A stretch of 64,000 nt of DNA from Candidatus Marinacidobacterales bacterium (GCA_965219415.1 CBDCNP010000002.1:3744001-3808000), one strand, 5' to 3'. Positions 42,242-54,137 are shown, numbered from the stretch's first letter. Numbers and translations: made by a program. The notes: generated by a model not told the origin, from the letters alone.

Positions 42242-44693
42242 TCACTCGATACGCAGCGCGACCAGCGGGTCTTACGCGAGACGCCCGGTAGGCCGGAGCG
42301 TAGCACGCAACGAGTGCGATCATCGCGAGCAAGGCGGCGGCTCCAGCAAAGCTCAGCGGATCGGCTGGGCTCACTTCGTAAAGAAGTGTCGCGAGAAACC
42401 TCGCCAGAACGAAAGACACGGCGAGCCCTACCCCTGCACCCAGCACGACCAGTTTCATTCCCTGTGCCAGCACCCTTTTCCGAACCTGACCGGGTGCCTC
42501 TCCGAGCGCCATCCGTATCCCGATCTCTCGCGTCTGCCGGCCGACGTAATAAGAGATGACGCCGAAGATCCCGAGCGACGTGAGGAGCAGCGCCGCGGCT
42601 CCGAAGATCCCCATCAGGGTGAGAGAAAACCGAGACTGGGCAAGGGCGTCCTCGACGTAGATCGCCATCGGCGTCAAATCGTTGACAGGAACGTCGCGAT
42701 CGAGCCGTGCCACTTCGTTTCGAATGAGCGGGTGCAGCACTGCGAGATCGCCCTCGGCACGCAGTGCCACCGAAAAAGAACGACCCGTCGGATCGGGAGA
42801 ATAGATCTGAGGCCGGACATCGGCTCGAAGATCAAGGAGGCGAACATGCTCTACCACGCCGACTACTTCCGCGAACGGCTCGTCGCTTCCGGTGGGTCCG
42901 ATCTGAAGCTGCTCTCCCACCGCGTTGCCTCCCGGCCATACCCGTTCGGCCAGAGTCGTATCGATGACGATAACCTGCCTATCGTTCTCGGCATCCTGCT
43001 CGGTAAAGAAGCGCCCCGCCATCAGACGTGAGCCTAGACTTCGTAAGTAATCCGGTGACGCTCCACGACGATCTGCCGTCACACTCTCCCAATTGCGCGC
43101 GGTTTCTTCATCGTAGGCGTACGGTTGAAGAGAACCGCTTCCGATGAGTGGGAGCTGAGAGGTGGCACCCACGGAAACGACTCCTGGCAAACCCAACAGT
43201 TTCTCCTTGAGCTCTCGGTAGAAGACTCTGCGAGGGGCATCCTCCTCATACTTCGAGCCAGGGAGCGACAGGTTGAACGTGATCAGCCCTTTTGGCTCGA
43301 AACCCGGACGCACCTGCTGGAGCGAAGCGAAGCTCCGGATCATGAGCCCGGCGCCAATCAGGAGCATCAGAGAAAGCGCTACTTCGGCGACGACCAACAC
43401 GTTCCTCAAGCGATTGTGGCCGCCGGACCCGGCGCCCCGTCTCCCTTCTTTCAAGGTGCTTACCAAATCAACCCGGGCACCTTGAAGCGCCGGAACGAGA
43501 CCGAAAACGAGCGCGGTAAGAAGACTCACTGTCGCGGCGAAGAACAAGACCGAACCATCGATGCCGATCTCCGGCAGTCGCGGGAGATTCGAGGGGCCAA
43601 GCGCCACCAGTGCTGAGAGACCGGCATGGGTAATCGCCAATCCAAGGGCCCAGCCACCGAGTGCCAACAGCAGGCTCTCCATCAAGAGTCTTCCGGTCAT
43701 GCGCAACCGACTCGCACCCAAGGCGGACTGAATTGCGAACTCTTTCTCTCTCGCCGTGCCGCGCGCCAATAGTAGGTTCGCCACGTTGGCACAAACGATG
43801 AGCAAAACGAACGCCACCGCCCCGAGAAGCGCAAAGAGAGCGGGTTGTGCGTTCTTGACTACGTCGTAGTGAAGAGGCACCACACGGATCCTGAGGTTCG
43901 ACGACTCGTGTACGGCGTGCTCGGCCCTAAGTTCGGCTGCGATGCCGTCCATCTCCGCTTGCGCCTGCTCGAAGGTAACTCCTGGCTTCAGCCGACCGAA
44001 GACCGAGAAAAACGTGTAGTTTCTCGGCGGCATCTGGCCGTAATCGACCTGGAGCGGGACCCAGACGTCGGAATGTTTGAGCATGAAAGCCTCAGCGGGG
44101 AGGAGGAGTCTAAATCTATCTGGCAGAACCCCGACCACCGTATGGTCGACGTGGTCAATCTGGATGGTGCGACCCACCAGCTCGGAATCGCCTCCGAACC
44201 TACGCTGCCAGAGACCGTGGCTGATCATTGCGACCTTCGGACCGTTGGTAACTTCTTCCCCCGGCTCGAAGTGCCGCCCAAGCACCGGGTCGACACCGAA
44301 GAGGGGAAAGAAGTTTGCGCTAACGGGTGAGAGGTCAATCCTTTCCGGCTCGCCTTCTCCGGTCAAAATGCCGGTGAGCCCAGTGATGCGATCACCCGAG
44401 GCGGCGGCGAACTGCTCGAAGAGTTGGCTCTTGTCTTGGTAGTCGCGATAGTCGAGGGGATGGACCGCCGGTAAGGACTGAGCGCCCTGGCCGAGATCAT
44501 TCCAAATGACCGCTAGTCGGTCGGGTGCGGCGTAGGGGAGCGGTTGCATCAACACACCGTGAACAATACTAAAGATGGTCGTGTTGGCACCGATCCCGAG
44601 GGCAAGCGTGATGACGACCAGAGTCGAGAAGCCTGCATTCTTTCTCAAGGCTCGGACGGCGTACTTCAAATCGCTGAAGATGGCGTCTAGCAT
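42242..44693 (-). CDS. ADOP-type duplicated orphan ABC permease (MacB/FtsX-like)
   Basis: DLKYAVRALRK, LGIGANTTIFS, CANVANLLLAR, REIGIRMALG; frameshift in terminal RVDPLVALR. Confidence 0.88.
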
Positions 44694-44839
44694 CGTCTCC
44701 CCCAAGGGTTCAAAAAAGGATTTTCGCGAAACTACTCCCTCTCCTTATACGACAATACGCGAAGCGGATCGGAAAGTTTCACCGATCGCTCATAAATCGG
44801 TTCAGTCCCGCAAAACCTTGATTCGAAAAGGTGTTTCAT

Positions 44840-46454
44840 TCATTTTGTCGGGAGGGTCACGACAAATGTCGTTCCTTTACCGAGCTCGCTGACCACGCGG
44901 AGCTCTCCGCCTAGCCCTCGAACAATCTGCCGTGCCGTAAAGAGACTCCAGTTCCCAGCCGAGATACGGCCGTCGGCGATCTGAAAAGCCGGATCAAAAA
45001 GACGAGCCACCTCATCCGGTTCCATCCCATCCCCACTATTCTCAATCCGAATCTCGATCCGCTCTCCTAAAGCCTCGGTCGAGACAACGATTTTCCCTTC
45101 ACCGTCGCTGGGCCGGTAAGCCTCAATCGCATATCGAAGCAAACTCGCGAGGCTGGCGCTCAATGATTGTCGCTGGCACCGCGGCGAGTGCCACCACGTC
45201 CGATAAGAGTTCGTTCAAATCGACTTCCTGGACCTCCGCGCGATCCAGATTCGTGAAACGTTGGATTCGTGAGATGACTTGCTCCATCCGCTCCAGGGAT
45301 GCGTCCAACGACTTCCGGAGATCCGCCTGCACCGCCTCCAGACGCTCCTGCTCGTCGGGCGGCGCCGAGCCTCTTCGGGCTGCCGCTCGCACTAGAGTAT
45401 CGACCGTGCTTTTCAAGGTCCCGAGAGGAGTGTTGAACTCGTGGCTCAAGGCCGCCGCCAACCGACCAAGACTCTCGATGTTCTCGGCGATCAGCATGCG
45501 CCGTTGCATTTCCCACCGCTCGCGCTCGATGCGAATGCCTGCGACGTTGGCCATGGCGGTCAAAAGGTTCAGATCATCCCCGGTGAACTCTCGTCGACGA
45601 TCGACGGAATCCAGATACACCAATCCGATGACACGATCTTCTGTTTGAAGCGGGACCGCGATCAGGGAGTGCACCCCCTGATCGACGACGGTTCGGCTAC
45701 CCTTCAGCAACTGGTCCTGACGCGCATCGCGGACCAAAAGAGAGGCCTTTTCCTTGAGCACCTTGTCTCTTACGCTGGTGCTAATGCGGAGCTCCGCGCC
45801 GCGGGACGCTTGCACCACCAACCGGTCCGCCTCATCGAGTGTCAGCAGCACCCCGCGCTCGGCCCCGACCGCTTCCAACGACAGATCGAGTGTGATGCGG
45901 AAGAGCTCCGGCAGCGGTCGCCGTATTGCTAACTCTCGACCGGCCCGTACCAACACCCATAGTGCACTGACTCGAGGTACCGGAGCGGCGCCGGCAACGA
46001 TTTGCCTCTCGGAACGTTCGGACAACAAGATCTCTTTCAGAGACGTGCTTTCGGCACTCAACGGCGTCGCGTCGGTCGGCGGCTCGAATTTCACACTGCT
46101 GGGGCCGGCGCCCGGTCCCTTGAACGTCATCGTCACGCCGCTTGCGGCGATGCTATCCCCTGGCTGGAGGTAGTGCCGACTCCGAACGAGAGCACCGTTC
46201 ACAAACGTTCCGTTCTTGCTCGCCAAGTTCTTGACGAACCACTGATCCCCTTCCTTTTCGATAGTCAGGTGCCGGCGAGAGAGACCGTCATCTTCTGGGA
46301 AGGAAAGCGTGTTGGTTGCCGACCTCCCGACGGAGATCGCACTGTCCTCGAGACGGATCGCACTCGTACGGCCGGACTGTGTGGTGACGAGAAGCTCGTG
46401 GACGAGTTCCCCGCGACCAAGGGTCCTCGCGTTCGCGTCCGGTGACTCGGTCAT
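44840..46454 (-). CDS. FHA-GAF-histidine kinase (frameshift ~45160)
   Basis: VGRS..SRRH..SKNGTFVNG; VPL...IGLVYLD; HEFNTPL; HATPase NSGDGM..LFDP..GKGTTF in next frame. Confidence 0.8.
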
Positions 46455-46615
46455 TCCGCTTCGCTCTCCTCGGCGGTTCCGGCGGCGACCTAGAAGAAAG
46501 AGGCTTCACTCCGGTTTCCTTATGACGAGAGGTTGAGCGAGCCTATTATAGATTTTGGGCCTGCTTCCCGGCAATCAGGGCGCAAGCAACAGAGCGGGCC
46601 GCTTTCAAACGGGCT

Positions 46616-48367
46616 TCAAACGATCAGGCGCACGCCGCCAAGCTCCGCCAACCCATACAAGAAGTGGTCCCCGGGGGAACCGATGAACATGAAATTCGCC
46701 GGAACGTTCCACTCCTTGGACAGTTCCTGGATGAGCTTGGGGCCGAACTTGCCGTGCTGCACCACGAACTCGATATCGATCTCCGGGTAGGCCTCGTCCA
46801 GGAACTTCAGGTCTTTCTTGAGCCGCGGGGGAACCTCGCTCTCGTCCTGAACGACGGTGACGACCTTGATCCGGTTGGTGTGTTCGTTGTTCCGGACGTA
46901 GAGCAGGGCCTCGTTGAGGTTGTGGAGCTGCTCACCGCGGGTGAAGAAAACAACCTGCTGCGAGTTGATCTCCTCGATCTTGATACGGATAGCCTGAGAA
47001 ACGGCGGTCGTGGTGTCGCCGATACTCTGGCTGATGCGTCTCAACATGAAGAGACTCGCCTTGAGCAGCCCGATGCGTCCGAGCATGATGTAGACCACCA
47101 GAGCCGTGGGTATGAAATAAATCAAGAACACACGGAAGTAAGCAGGGTTAGCCAGAAGATTCCCGGCCAGCCCCGCCAGTACCGCGAGGATCCCGACGAC
47201 CAGAGCGGGCCAAGAAGCCCTCGATGGACGAGGAAGGCGCGCCCTTTTGACCTTCAAGAGGATGTTGCCGACGCCGAAAAGTGCCATGACCGCGAGGAAA
47301 GAGATGGTATAGACGCCGGCGACCTTGGTCAGCTCACCCTTGGTGATGAAAATGACCGAGGTGCTGATCAGGAAAAACGTAATAATGATGAAATGGTTCG
47401 TCCCTCGACGATTGGTCTTGAGAAAGACTTGCGGAAGCCCACGGTCCAAAGTCATGCGCCTCAACAATCCGCCAACGCCAACATAGGATGTCAAGACCGC
47501 GCCGCTTAGAACGAGTCCCGCGTCGAGAGAAATTAGCCAAGCGAACCAAGGGCCACCCGCGATATCACCCATATGGGACAAGAGCGCTTCTTTGTGTGGC
47601 TCGACCTCGGGGATAGGCACTAACGCCAGCGCCAGAAAGGCGATGGCCGGATTGAATATGCTCACGGCGATCCACATGTTCCGAAGTGTTTTGGGGAAAA
47701 CATTCTCCGCCTGCTCTTCGACAAAGTTGGCAGAGCTCTCGAAACCCGAGATGCCTAGCATTGCCGCGGCGAACCCGAAGAACAAGGCTCGGGGGAGGCT
47801 CGCCGTAGGGGTCTGGAAATTAGAGACCAGCACATCCAGACCATTCGTGACAAGAAAGATGCCCCCTACCACTAGGAGTAGGGTCAGCGTCGTCAAGTGG
47901 GTGATGAAAATGGCGACAGCGACCTTCGCCGATTCGGTAATCCCCATGATGGTCAGCACCATGAAGACGGCGAGCAAAACAACGGTGGCAGGAATGACAG
48001 GGATCCTGTGCCACAACGAGTGAATGTAGTGCATGGCCTCGCTGGCCGAGATCACCGCGGTAGCCATGTACGACAAGACGGTGAGGCAAGCGGCCAACGA
48101 CGCCATGCGCTTGCTGGTGGTGTTGAGAAGCGCATTATAGGCACCACCATTTAGCGGTAGGGCGCCCACCACCTCGGCATAAATTCCGCGAAAGAGGTAA
48201 AGGACCGCGGCCACCAAGAGCAAAACGAGCCACGCCCATTTGCCAGCTGCGATGATCGCCAGCGCGGAAACGTAGAGGCACGACGAAGTAATGTCGTTGC
48301 CGCAAATAGCGGTAGCCGGGAGCTCGCCCAGGCCTCCGTGTTTTCTCTCGGTGACGTGCGCGGCCAC
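46616..48367 (-). CDS. APC-family amino acid permease
   Basis: AICGNDITSSCLY, LPLNGGAYN, GFESSANFVEEQ; ~12 TM helices. Confidence 0.85.
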   Translation of the reverse strand: MAAHVTERKHGGLGELPATAICGNDITSSCLYVSALAIIAAGKWAWLVLLLVAAVLYLFRGIYAEVVGALPLNGGAYNALLNTTSKRMASLAACLTVLSYMATAVISASEAMHYIHSLWHRIPVIPATVVLLAVFMVLTIMGITESAKVAVAIFITHLTTLTLLLVVGGIFLVTNGLDVLVSNFQTPTASLPRALFFGFAAAMLGISGFESSANFVEEQAENVFPKTLRNMWIAVSIFNPAIAFLALALVPIPEVEPHKEALLSHMGDIAGGPWFAWLISLDAGLVLSGAVLTSYVGVGGLLRRMTLDRGLPQVFLKTNRRGTNHFIIITFFLISTSVIFITKGELTKVAGVYTISFLAVMALFGVGNILLKVKRARLPRPSRASWPALVVGILAVLAGLAGNLLANPAYFRVFLIYFIPTALVVYIMLGRIGLLKASLFMLRRISQSIGDTTTAVSQAIRIKIEEINSQQVVFFTRGEQLHNLNEALLYVRNNEHTNRIKVVTVVQDESEVPPRLKKDLKFLDEAYPEIDIEFVVQHGKFGPKLIQELSKEWNVPANFMFIGSPGDHFLYGLAELGGVRLIV

Positions 48368-48394
48368 GTTTCTAGAGAGAGCCGTGACGAAGCA

Positions 48395-49013
48395 CTATAC
48401 GGGTTGGCGAAAAGCGAAGACGATGTAGACGAAGCCCGGGGCCGGGCGTCCCTCGTGACTCCCGGCGCTGAAGGTCCATGCCCTGGCCGCCTGGAGTGCC
48501 GCACCGTCGAATCCCGTAGATCCACCTATCGTCTTAGCGGACATCACCCGAGCCGGTGTCTCCGACTTCGACCTCGACGAGCACGTATGCGCTACCTATG
48601 GCATTCGGCGGATAATTCGGGACTTCGAGCGAGGTTGGAAAAGGAACCTCTTCGGAAGGCTGCGCGTCGACTTTCTTGGGCGCGTCGGGTTTAGGAAACA
48701 TCAGCATGGCGGGCCGGAAGACTCCCGCTACCAATACGTGACTGTCCACCCGTTGACCCCCGCCACGTGCAGGATTGAATGTCCAGCGACTAGCGGATGA
48801 CCGAAGGACGTCGGTAAAGGGTTCGACGTCCACGAGGTCGCGAACGTTCGTAACTGACCCGCGCGCGTCGACCGTTAGCTCCACGCCGACCACCGCCGCG
48901 GCCGCAGTCCTATATGGTATTTCTCCCACTTGTGCGCTAGCTACCCGAGCCGGCTCGAACCTCTGCGTCGCAGTTAGCACCATCGCAAGAGAAAGGACAG
49001 TCGTTCTCAACAT
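48395..49013 (-). CDS. Protein with two TonB C-terminal-like domains (frameshift ~48550)
   Basis: VDARGSV..RWTFNPA; PNYPPNA..VLVEVEV; FDGAALQAARAWTF in shifted frame. Confidence 0.65.
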
Positions 49014-49170
49014 GTTTGCCTCCGAGTGTTTGGAAACAAGGTACCAGAATTCGATGTGGGTGTAAAAGGGCGAGTACACCAGTTTCCATTTCTCTCTCCG
49101 GCTCACGGTCATTTGGATGTGATACCCTTCGCCAGCGCGTCGACGAAGTAAAAAATGTAGGAGACAGACC

Positions 49171-49815
49171 ATGAGCCGAATCCGACTCAAATCGCAGCCC
49201 GTTCTCGCCTTCCTGTTAGGCGTCGGTTTCGCGAACCTCGCACCGGCACAGATGCCCACTATTGGACGGATCGGTTCGGTAACCGCGCGCGGCTTCTGGG
49301 CGGTGCCGTTGTAGGCAGCGTGAGAGATCTCAGTGCTATCTACTACAACCCCGGGAGCTTGGCCTTGGTGCCAACTGCCGAGCTTCTCTTGGCCGGGGAA
49401 CGTCCTCAGCTACACGCGCTACGACGCGACATCGGGTCCCGAACAGCAGAAGCTCTCCTCTTCGACCTTTGGCCTGAGCCCCTCTTTGTTCGCGGGTGAG
49501 GTTCCGAAAAAAGTCGTGGGCGACAACCGAATCGCCTACTCCTTCATGACCCGTCAGCAAACCAAACTCCGACTCCAAGGCCGAGGCAGCACTAGTGGAT
49601 CCGATTTCGATGTCCCGAACCTCAATGTTCTCGCCGACAATCTCCAGGTCGAGCAGGACATGAGCGAGCATTGGTTCGGAGTTAGTTATTCGAGAAGGGC
49701 CACCGCATACGTCGACTTCGGGGTCACGACCTACCTCGCGGTTCGCAATCAGGCGATGCAAACGCTGAACTTCGCGACCGCACTCGGGAACGGAAACCGC
49801 GCGGGCGTTGCTTTG
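49171..49815 (+). pseudogene. Outer-membrane beta-barrel (FadL-like) N-terminal fragment
   Basis: Signal peptide, AHYWT..FG.RA.LLGGAV, DLSAIYYNPG; several frameshifts, truncated. Confidence 0.5.
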
Positions 49816-50106
49816 CTCACCTTGAGACTCCACCTCGATGGTTGTGAGGAAAAACAGGGCGCACTGCGCGTGATTCCGGCTTCTCACAACTTCGGGAGGC
49901 TGCCAACCGAGAGCATTCCCCAGTTCACGCGGGGCTCTCACGAGATTTGCTGCGTTCCGAAAGGTGGCCTACTCGCCACGAAGCCGCTCCTCCTTCATTC
50001 TTCTCCCGCGTCGGTCACTGGCGGACATCGCCGGGTCATTCACCTGGACTTCGCGGTCCGCACGCTGCCCACTCCTTTGGAGTGGCACGAAAAGTACCGC
50101 TGGTAA
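49816..50106 (+). pseudogene. Phytanoyl-CoA dioxygenase-family C-terminal fragment
   Basis: RLHLD...GALRVIPASH, PLLLHSS, RRVIHLDF. Confidence 0.7.
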
Positions 50107-50139
50107 ATCTACAGCTTTAGCGCCGCGCGCTCCCGTTCC

Positions 50140-51231
50140 ATGGACCCCATCGCGCACACTCTCGTCGGCGCTGCACTCGCCCAGACTCGACTCGGGCGCA
50201 AGACCGCCTATGGAACGGCCGCTCTCGTTGTTGGCGCCAACCTACCCGACATCGACGGCGTGTCAATGCTCGTCGGTCTCGATCCTTCGCTTCTCTTTCG
50301 TCGCGGTTGGACGCACGGCATACTGGCGCTCGTCTTACTCCCGTTGGTGCTCACGGGATTCTTCGTTCTTTGGAATCGTCTGAAGCCACTCTCGTCCGAC
50401 GAGACGCCTCTCCGAGCGGGCATCCTTCTCGGCTTGTCCTACTTCGCGATCGCGACGCACCCGACTCTCGACTGGCTGAACAATTACGGCATGCGTTGGC
50501 TCATGCCCTTCGAGGGCCAGTGGTACTACGGCGACGCACTGTTCATCACCGACCCCTGGATCTGGCTCGTGCTGGGAGGTGTGGTCTTTCTGTTCCGTTC
50601 GCAGAGGTTGGCGAGCCTCGTCGGCTGGGCGACTCTCGCAGGGATCTGGCTGTTGCTTCTATTCGGCGTGCCCGGGCTGTGGCCGGCGAAGGTTCTCTGG
50701 TGCATCGGCCTCATCATCGTCATCGCGATGCGCGTCCGACGCGTCGGCCACAGAGAACCTGCCGCGAATCGCCTCGCCCTCAGTGCTATTGCCATCGTTT
50801 TCTTCTATATCGTTGCGATGTACGGCACCGCGCGGTACGCCCGCTCGGCGACAGAGAAAAGCCTTGCCGACCGCGGAATTCAGGTGGAGAAAATCATGGT
50901 GGCCGCGGTTCCGGTTACGCCGTTCGTCAAGGACGTCGTCGCCCAAACGCCGCAAGGCTATCGGTACGGCAAGGCGCGGCTATTCCCCCGATTCGAGCTC
51001 GAGTTGGCTCCCCCAACGCTCCCGCTACTTGAAGAATCCCCTGCCGTGCAAAAGGCGATCGCATCGCCGAACGTACGTGGATTCCTGAACTGGGCCCGTT
51101 TTCCCTTCGCAGACGTCGAGGAAGACTTGTCGGGATTCACCGTCTACCTGTTGGATGCAAGGTACACGCGCTCGAGGTCGGTAGGGTTCGGAGCGGCTCG
51201 CATCGAAGTCTCGAAAGATCCACTCGACTGA
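50140..51231 (+). CDS. Membrane-bound metal-dependent hydrolase (YdjM-like)
   Basis: MDPIAH, ANLPDID, RGWTH, THPTLDWLNNYG. Confidence 0.8.
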   Translation: MDPIAHTLVGAALAQTRLGRKTAYGTAALVVGANLPDIDGVSMLVGLDPSLLFRRGWTHGILALVLLPLVLTGFFVLWNRLKPLSSDETPLRAGILLGLSYFAIATHPTLDWLNNYGMRWLMPFEGQWYYGDALFITDPWIWLVLGGVVFLFRSQRLASLVGWATLAGIWLLLLFGVPGLWPAKVLWCIGLIIVIAMRVRRVGHREPAANRLALSAIAIVFFYIVAMYGTARYARSATEKSLADRGIQVEKIMVAAVPVTPFVKDVVAQTPQGYRYGKARLFPRFELELAPPTLPLLEESPAVQKAIASPNVRGFLNWARFPFADVEEDLSGFTVYLLDARYTRSRSVGFGAARIEVSKDPLD

Positions 51232-51403
51232 AACGTGGCTCGACCGGGAGAGGCAAAGCCTCTCTTCAACTTCCGACCCAATCCCCTGGCTGTCCTGACG
51301 ACGACGAGATGGCCCCTCCTCGGACCGGCGTACGTTTGGCGGAATTCGCCCCAATTTGCCGAATAGGCTATGTATTTACCGGGTTTGTGTGATAGAAACG
51401 TTC

Positions 51404-52651
51404 ATGCCACCAAGAAAAAAAGCCGCTACTCGTCCATCTCGTAAACCTAAATCCAAGACCCGGACCAAGAAAAAGAGCGTGAAGCGGAAGACCGCCAAGT
51501 CACGAAAAAAGGCCGTCAAGAAAGCGGTCAGGTCCAAGAAAAAAGCCACGGCCAAGAAAGCGGCAAAGCGCAGGAAAATCAGCACCAAGGAAGCCCGGAG
51601 AAGGACGGGCCGGAAGAAAACGAAGACGGCGAGCGGAGTACCTCAATACCTACTTTCCGTCGACGTCGAGAACATACGTTGCTTCGGACCGACGCAAACC
51701 CTCCAACTTTCTGGGGCTCGGCCAACCCCCTATGCCTGGACCGTGATCTTTGGCGACAACGGCTCTGGCAAAACGACACTCCTCCAGGCGGTCTGCGGTA
51801 TCGCATCGACGCTCCAGGACCGTAAGGAAGTGCCGTCGTTCATCCGATACAACTGGCGGCCTCAAAGACGGACCACCAAGCCGGCTCAGGTTACCGCACA
51901 AGTGCTTCTTCGTCCACGGGAGGTCGCCCCGTTTACCGTGCGTTACGCACCGGAACGACGGCGAACCAGTCCTCCGCCCCGGTGGGATTTCGACCGCGAC
52001 GGCATGCTGAGCTACTGCGGCTACGGTGCCTCTCGCCGGCACGGGCAGGCCGCGGATTCCGGCCGTAAGCCGCTGGAGTCCTCTGGGGACGAAAGCCTAT
52101 TCATCGACGACGCGGAGCTACTCAACGCCGAAGAGTGGTTCCTACAAATGAGCCACTTCGGCCCCGCCCGTCGCCAGCTCCGGGAAGCTCGCGCGGCAAA
52201 GAAAGTGCGCGACCTGCTCGCGTCCATCCTCCTCGACGTCTCCGACATCCGTATCGCTTCGCGGCAAGGCCGCGCCGCCGTCGAGTTCAAGACACATTAC
52301 GGCTGGGTACCGTTGAAGGAGCTCAGTATGGGCTACCGCACGCTGATCGCTTGGGTCGTCGATTACGCTCGCCGCCTCTACGTCTTGAATCCGCGGAGCT
52401 CGAACCCCCTCGCGGCCCCCGCCGTCGTCTGTATCGATGAAATCGATCTCCATTTGCACCAACGATGGCAACGTAACCTGATGACGTTTTTATCGGAGAC
52501 CTTTCCGAAGACACAATTCATTTGCACGGCACACAATCGTGCCGTGGCCCAGGCCGTTCCCCGCGACGCCAACCTCGTTCTGTTGCGGCGCAAGGGAGAC
52601 CACGTCGAGATTCATAACCATGCCGCGGAGCTCCTGGAGGGCGTGCGTTGA
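51404..52651 (+). CDS. ABC/AAA_21-type ATPase (PtuA-like) with a histone-H1-like Lys/Arg-rich N-terminus
   Basis: ENIRCF, GDNGSGKT, LSMGY, IDEIDLHLH, QFICTAH; first ~78 aa about half K/R. Confidence 0.8.
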   Translation: MPPRKKAATRPSRKPKSKTRTKKKSVKRKTAKSRKKAVKKAVRSKKKATAKKAAKRRKISTKEARRRTGRKKTKTASGVPQYLLSVDVENIRCFGPTQTLQLSGARPTPYAWTVIFGDNGSGKTTLLQAVCGIASTLQDRKEVPSFIRYNWRPQRRTTKPAQVTAQVLLRPREVAPFTVRYAPERRRTSPPPRWDFDRDGMLSYCGYGASRRHGQAADSGRKPLESSGDESLFIDDAELLNAEEWFLQMSHFGPARRQLREARAAKKVRDLLASILLDVSDIRIASRQGRAAVEFKTHYGWVPLKELSMGYRTLIAWVVDYARRLYVLNPRSSNPLAAPAVVCIDEIDLHLHQRWQRNLMTFLSETFPKTQFICTAHNRAVAQAVPRDANLVLLRRKGDHVEIHNHAAELLEGVR

Positions 52652-52813
52652 TTGGACTCGACGTCGAAGACGACTAGCCTGAACAATAGTTAGACAGCCC
52701 TCCCACCTAGGCCTCGGGTCGCAAGAACGGCACGATGCCTCTGCGCCGAACTGCAACTATCATCCCACCGGACGTCACGAGAAGAAGGGCACGTTTGCCG
52801 GATCGGCAAAGAG

Positions 52814-53134
52814 CCCGTCCTGTGCCAAAACTCGGCCCTTTTGAAAGACCATGGCTGTAATTTAATGCACCGTAAAGTCTTAGCGTCATTTTACCAACAC
52901 TTAATGGCGGAAGCACCCATGAGGTCTGTGTGAGCAGCAGGGCTGCCCGATCGAACAACGGCTGCCTGACCAACAGTAGGATTTGCACATGGTACGTCAT
53001 GATGGATCCGAAGATAACACCCTCGGGCCAGACGATTGTAAAGCCCACAGCCCTTGGCACCGTCGCAAAACACAGACGCTAAGCTGCTGATTTATCGGCT
53101 ATTTCAAGAGGGCCGAGTTTTGGCACAGGACGCG
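52814..53134 (-). mobile_element. Non-autonomous mini-derivative (MITE) of the 58856-60287 element
   Basis: Inverted ends CCCGTCCTGTGCCAAAACTCGGCCC / GGGCCGAGTTTTGGCACAGGACGCG; retains first codons MTYHVQILLLV. Confidence 0.8.
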
Positions 53135-53159
53135 GTTGGCGCTCGAGAACGATCCGCAA

Positions 53160-53485
53160 CGCTCGAACATGGATTTCATCTTAGTGCGCCGTCGCGGCGC
53201 CCCGCCGTTGAACATCGACGGCCTGCCGATCGTGAAACTGCCATGGGGACGTATCACCGCGATCGATCTCAACGAGGGCGAAATCGTATGGCAGGTGGCG
53301 CACGGAGAGACGCCAGACAACATTCGCGAGCATCCGGCCCTACAGGGTGTGACGATCCCCCGAACCGGCCAGGTGGGACGCATCGGTACACTCGTCACGA
53401 AGACTCTCGTGATCGCCGGCGATTGCACGCTATTCACGACACCATCCGGTGAGGAGGGTGCCATGCTGCGCGCCTACGATAAGGT
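53160..53485 (+). pseudogene. PQQ-dependent glucose dehydrogenase C-terminal fragment
   Basis: GLPIVKLPWGRITAIDLNEGEIVWQ..GTLVTKTLV..LRAYDK. Confidence 0.72.
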
Positions 53486-53615
53486 GCATCTCTCCTTGTT
53501 CCTTGAAATTCAGAACTGCTCTGAGTTCGTAAACCGTCATCGGGCGAGATGCGCGCGGCACCGGCGATGGTGCCTTTCGGATCATCGCCTGTCGGGAGAA
53601 TGAGGCGGCGTCTAG

Positions 53616-53748
53616 CCCGTCGTGTCCAAAAATACAAACGAACTCTAAGACCCGCGCGCCGGTCCGGCGCCGAGTTCATCTATCATTATCGTGGAGAGCG
53701 CAACCATCAAGGGCTTGGCAACGCGTTTGTGTTTTTAGACACGACGCG
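53616..53748. mobile_element. 133-bp MITE-like relic of a second rve element family
   Basis: TIRs CCCGTCGTGTCCAAAAATACAAACG / CGTTTGTGTTTTTAGACACGACGCG; internal ERNHQGLGN codons; same end at 58800. Confidence 0.7.
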
Positions 53749-53846
53749 GCTCACGCGATAAAACGGACGAACACTATGGACCTAATTGCGAGGCGGCTAG
53801 GAGCCGGATGCGGCAAGATCCTGCCCCACGATTTCTTTGGCGTCAG

Positions 53847-54137
53847 CTACCTGGTCGACGGTTTGAGGATGTTACCTTGATTGTCCATCACGCCGATGGT
53901 GCTGTCACCGTAACGTTTCAGCGCACTTTCTATAGCCTCCTTGTTAGTTCCGGCGATGTAAACCGGTCCTCGATGTCCGCTGAGCTGGCGACCTGCATCC
54001 GGCACGGTGTCGGGTGTTTCGATCTCGATCGTGATGTCGGGCGTCTTGATGTCCGGCCCCTTACCTTGGTTGTATCCAGTGTTGTACTTGTTAGCAAGTC
54101 GATTTGCCGTGGTCTTATGAGACCGGCTTTCTGACAT
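53847..54137 (-). CDS. 96-aa hypothetical protein, possible minimal PD-(D/E)xK fold
   Basis: RBS AAAGGAG; GPDIK...IEIET. Confidence 0.6.
   Translation of the reverse strand: MSESRSHKTTANRLANKYNTGYNQGKGPDIKTPDITIEIETPDTVPDAGRQLSGHRGPVYIAGTNKEAIESALKRYGDSTIGVMDNQGNILKPSTR

Noticed and set aside
51404-52800. Complete Septu or retron system
   Set aside because: No HNH nuclease, RT or msr-msd next to the ATPase
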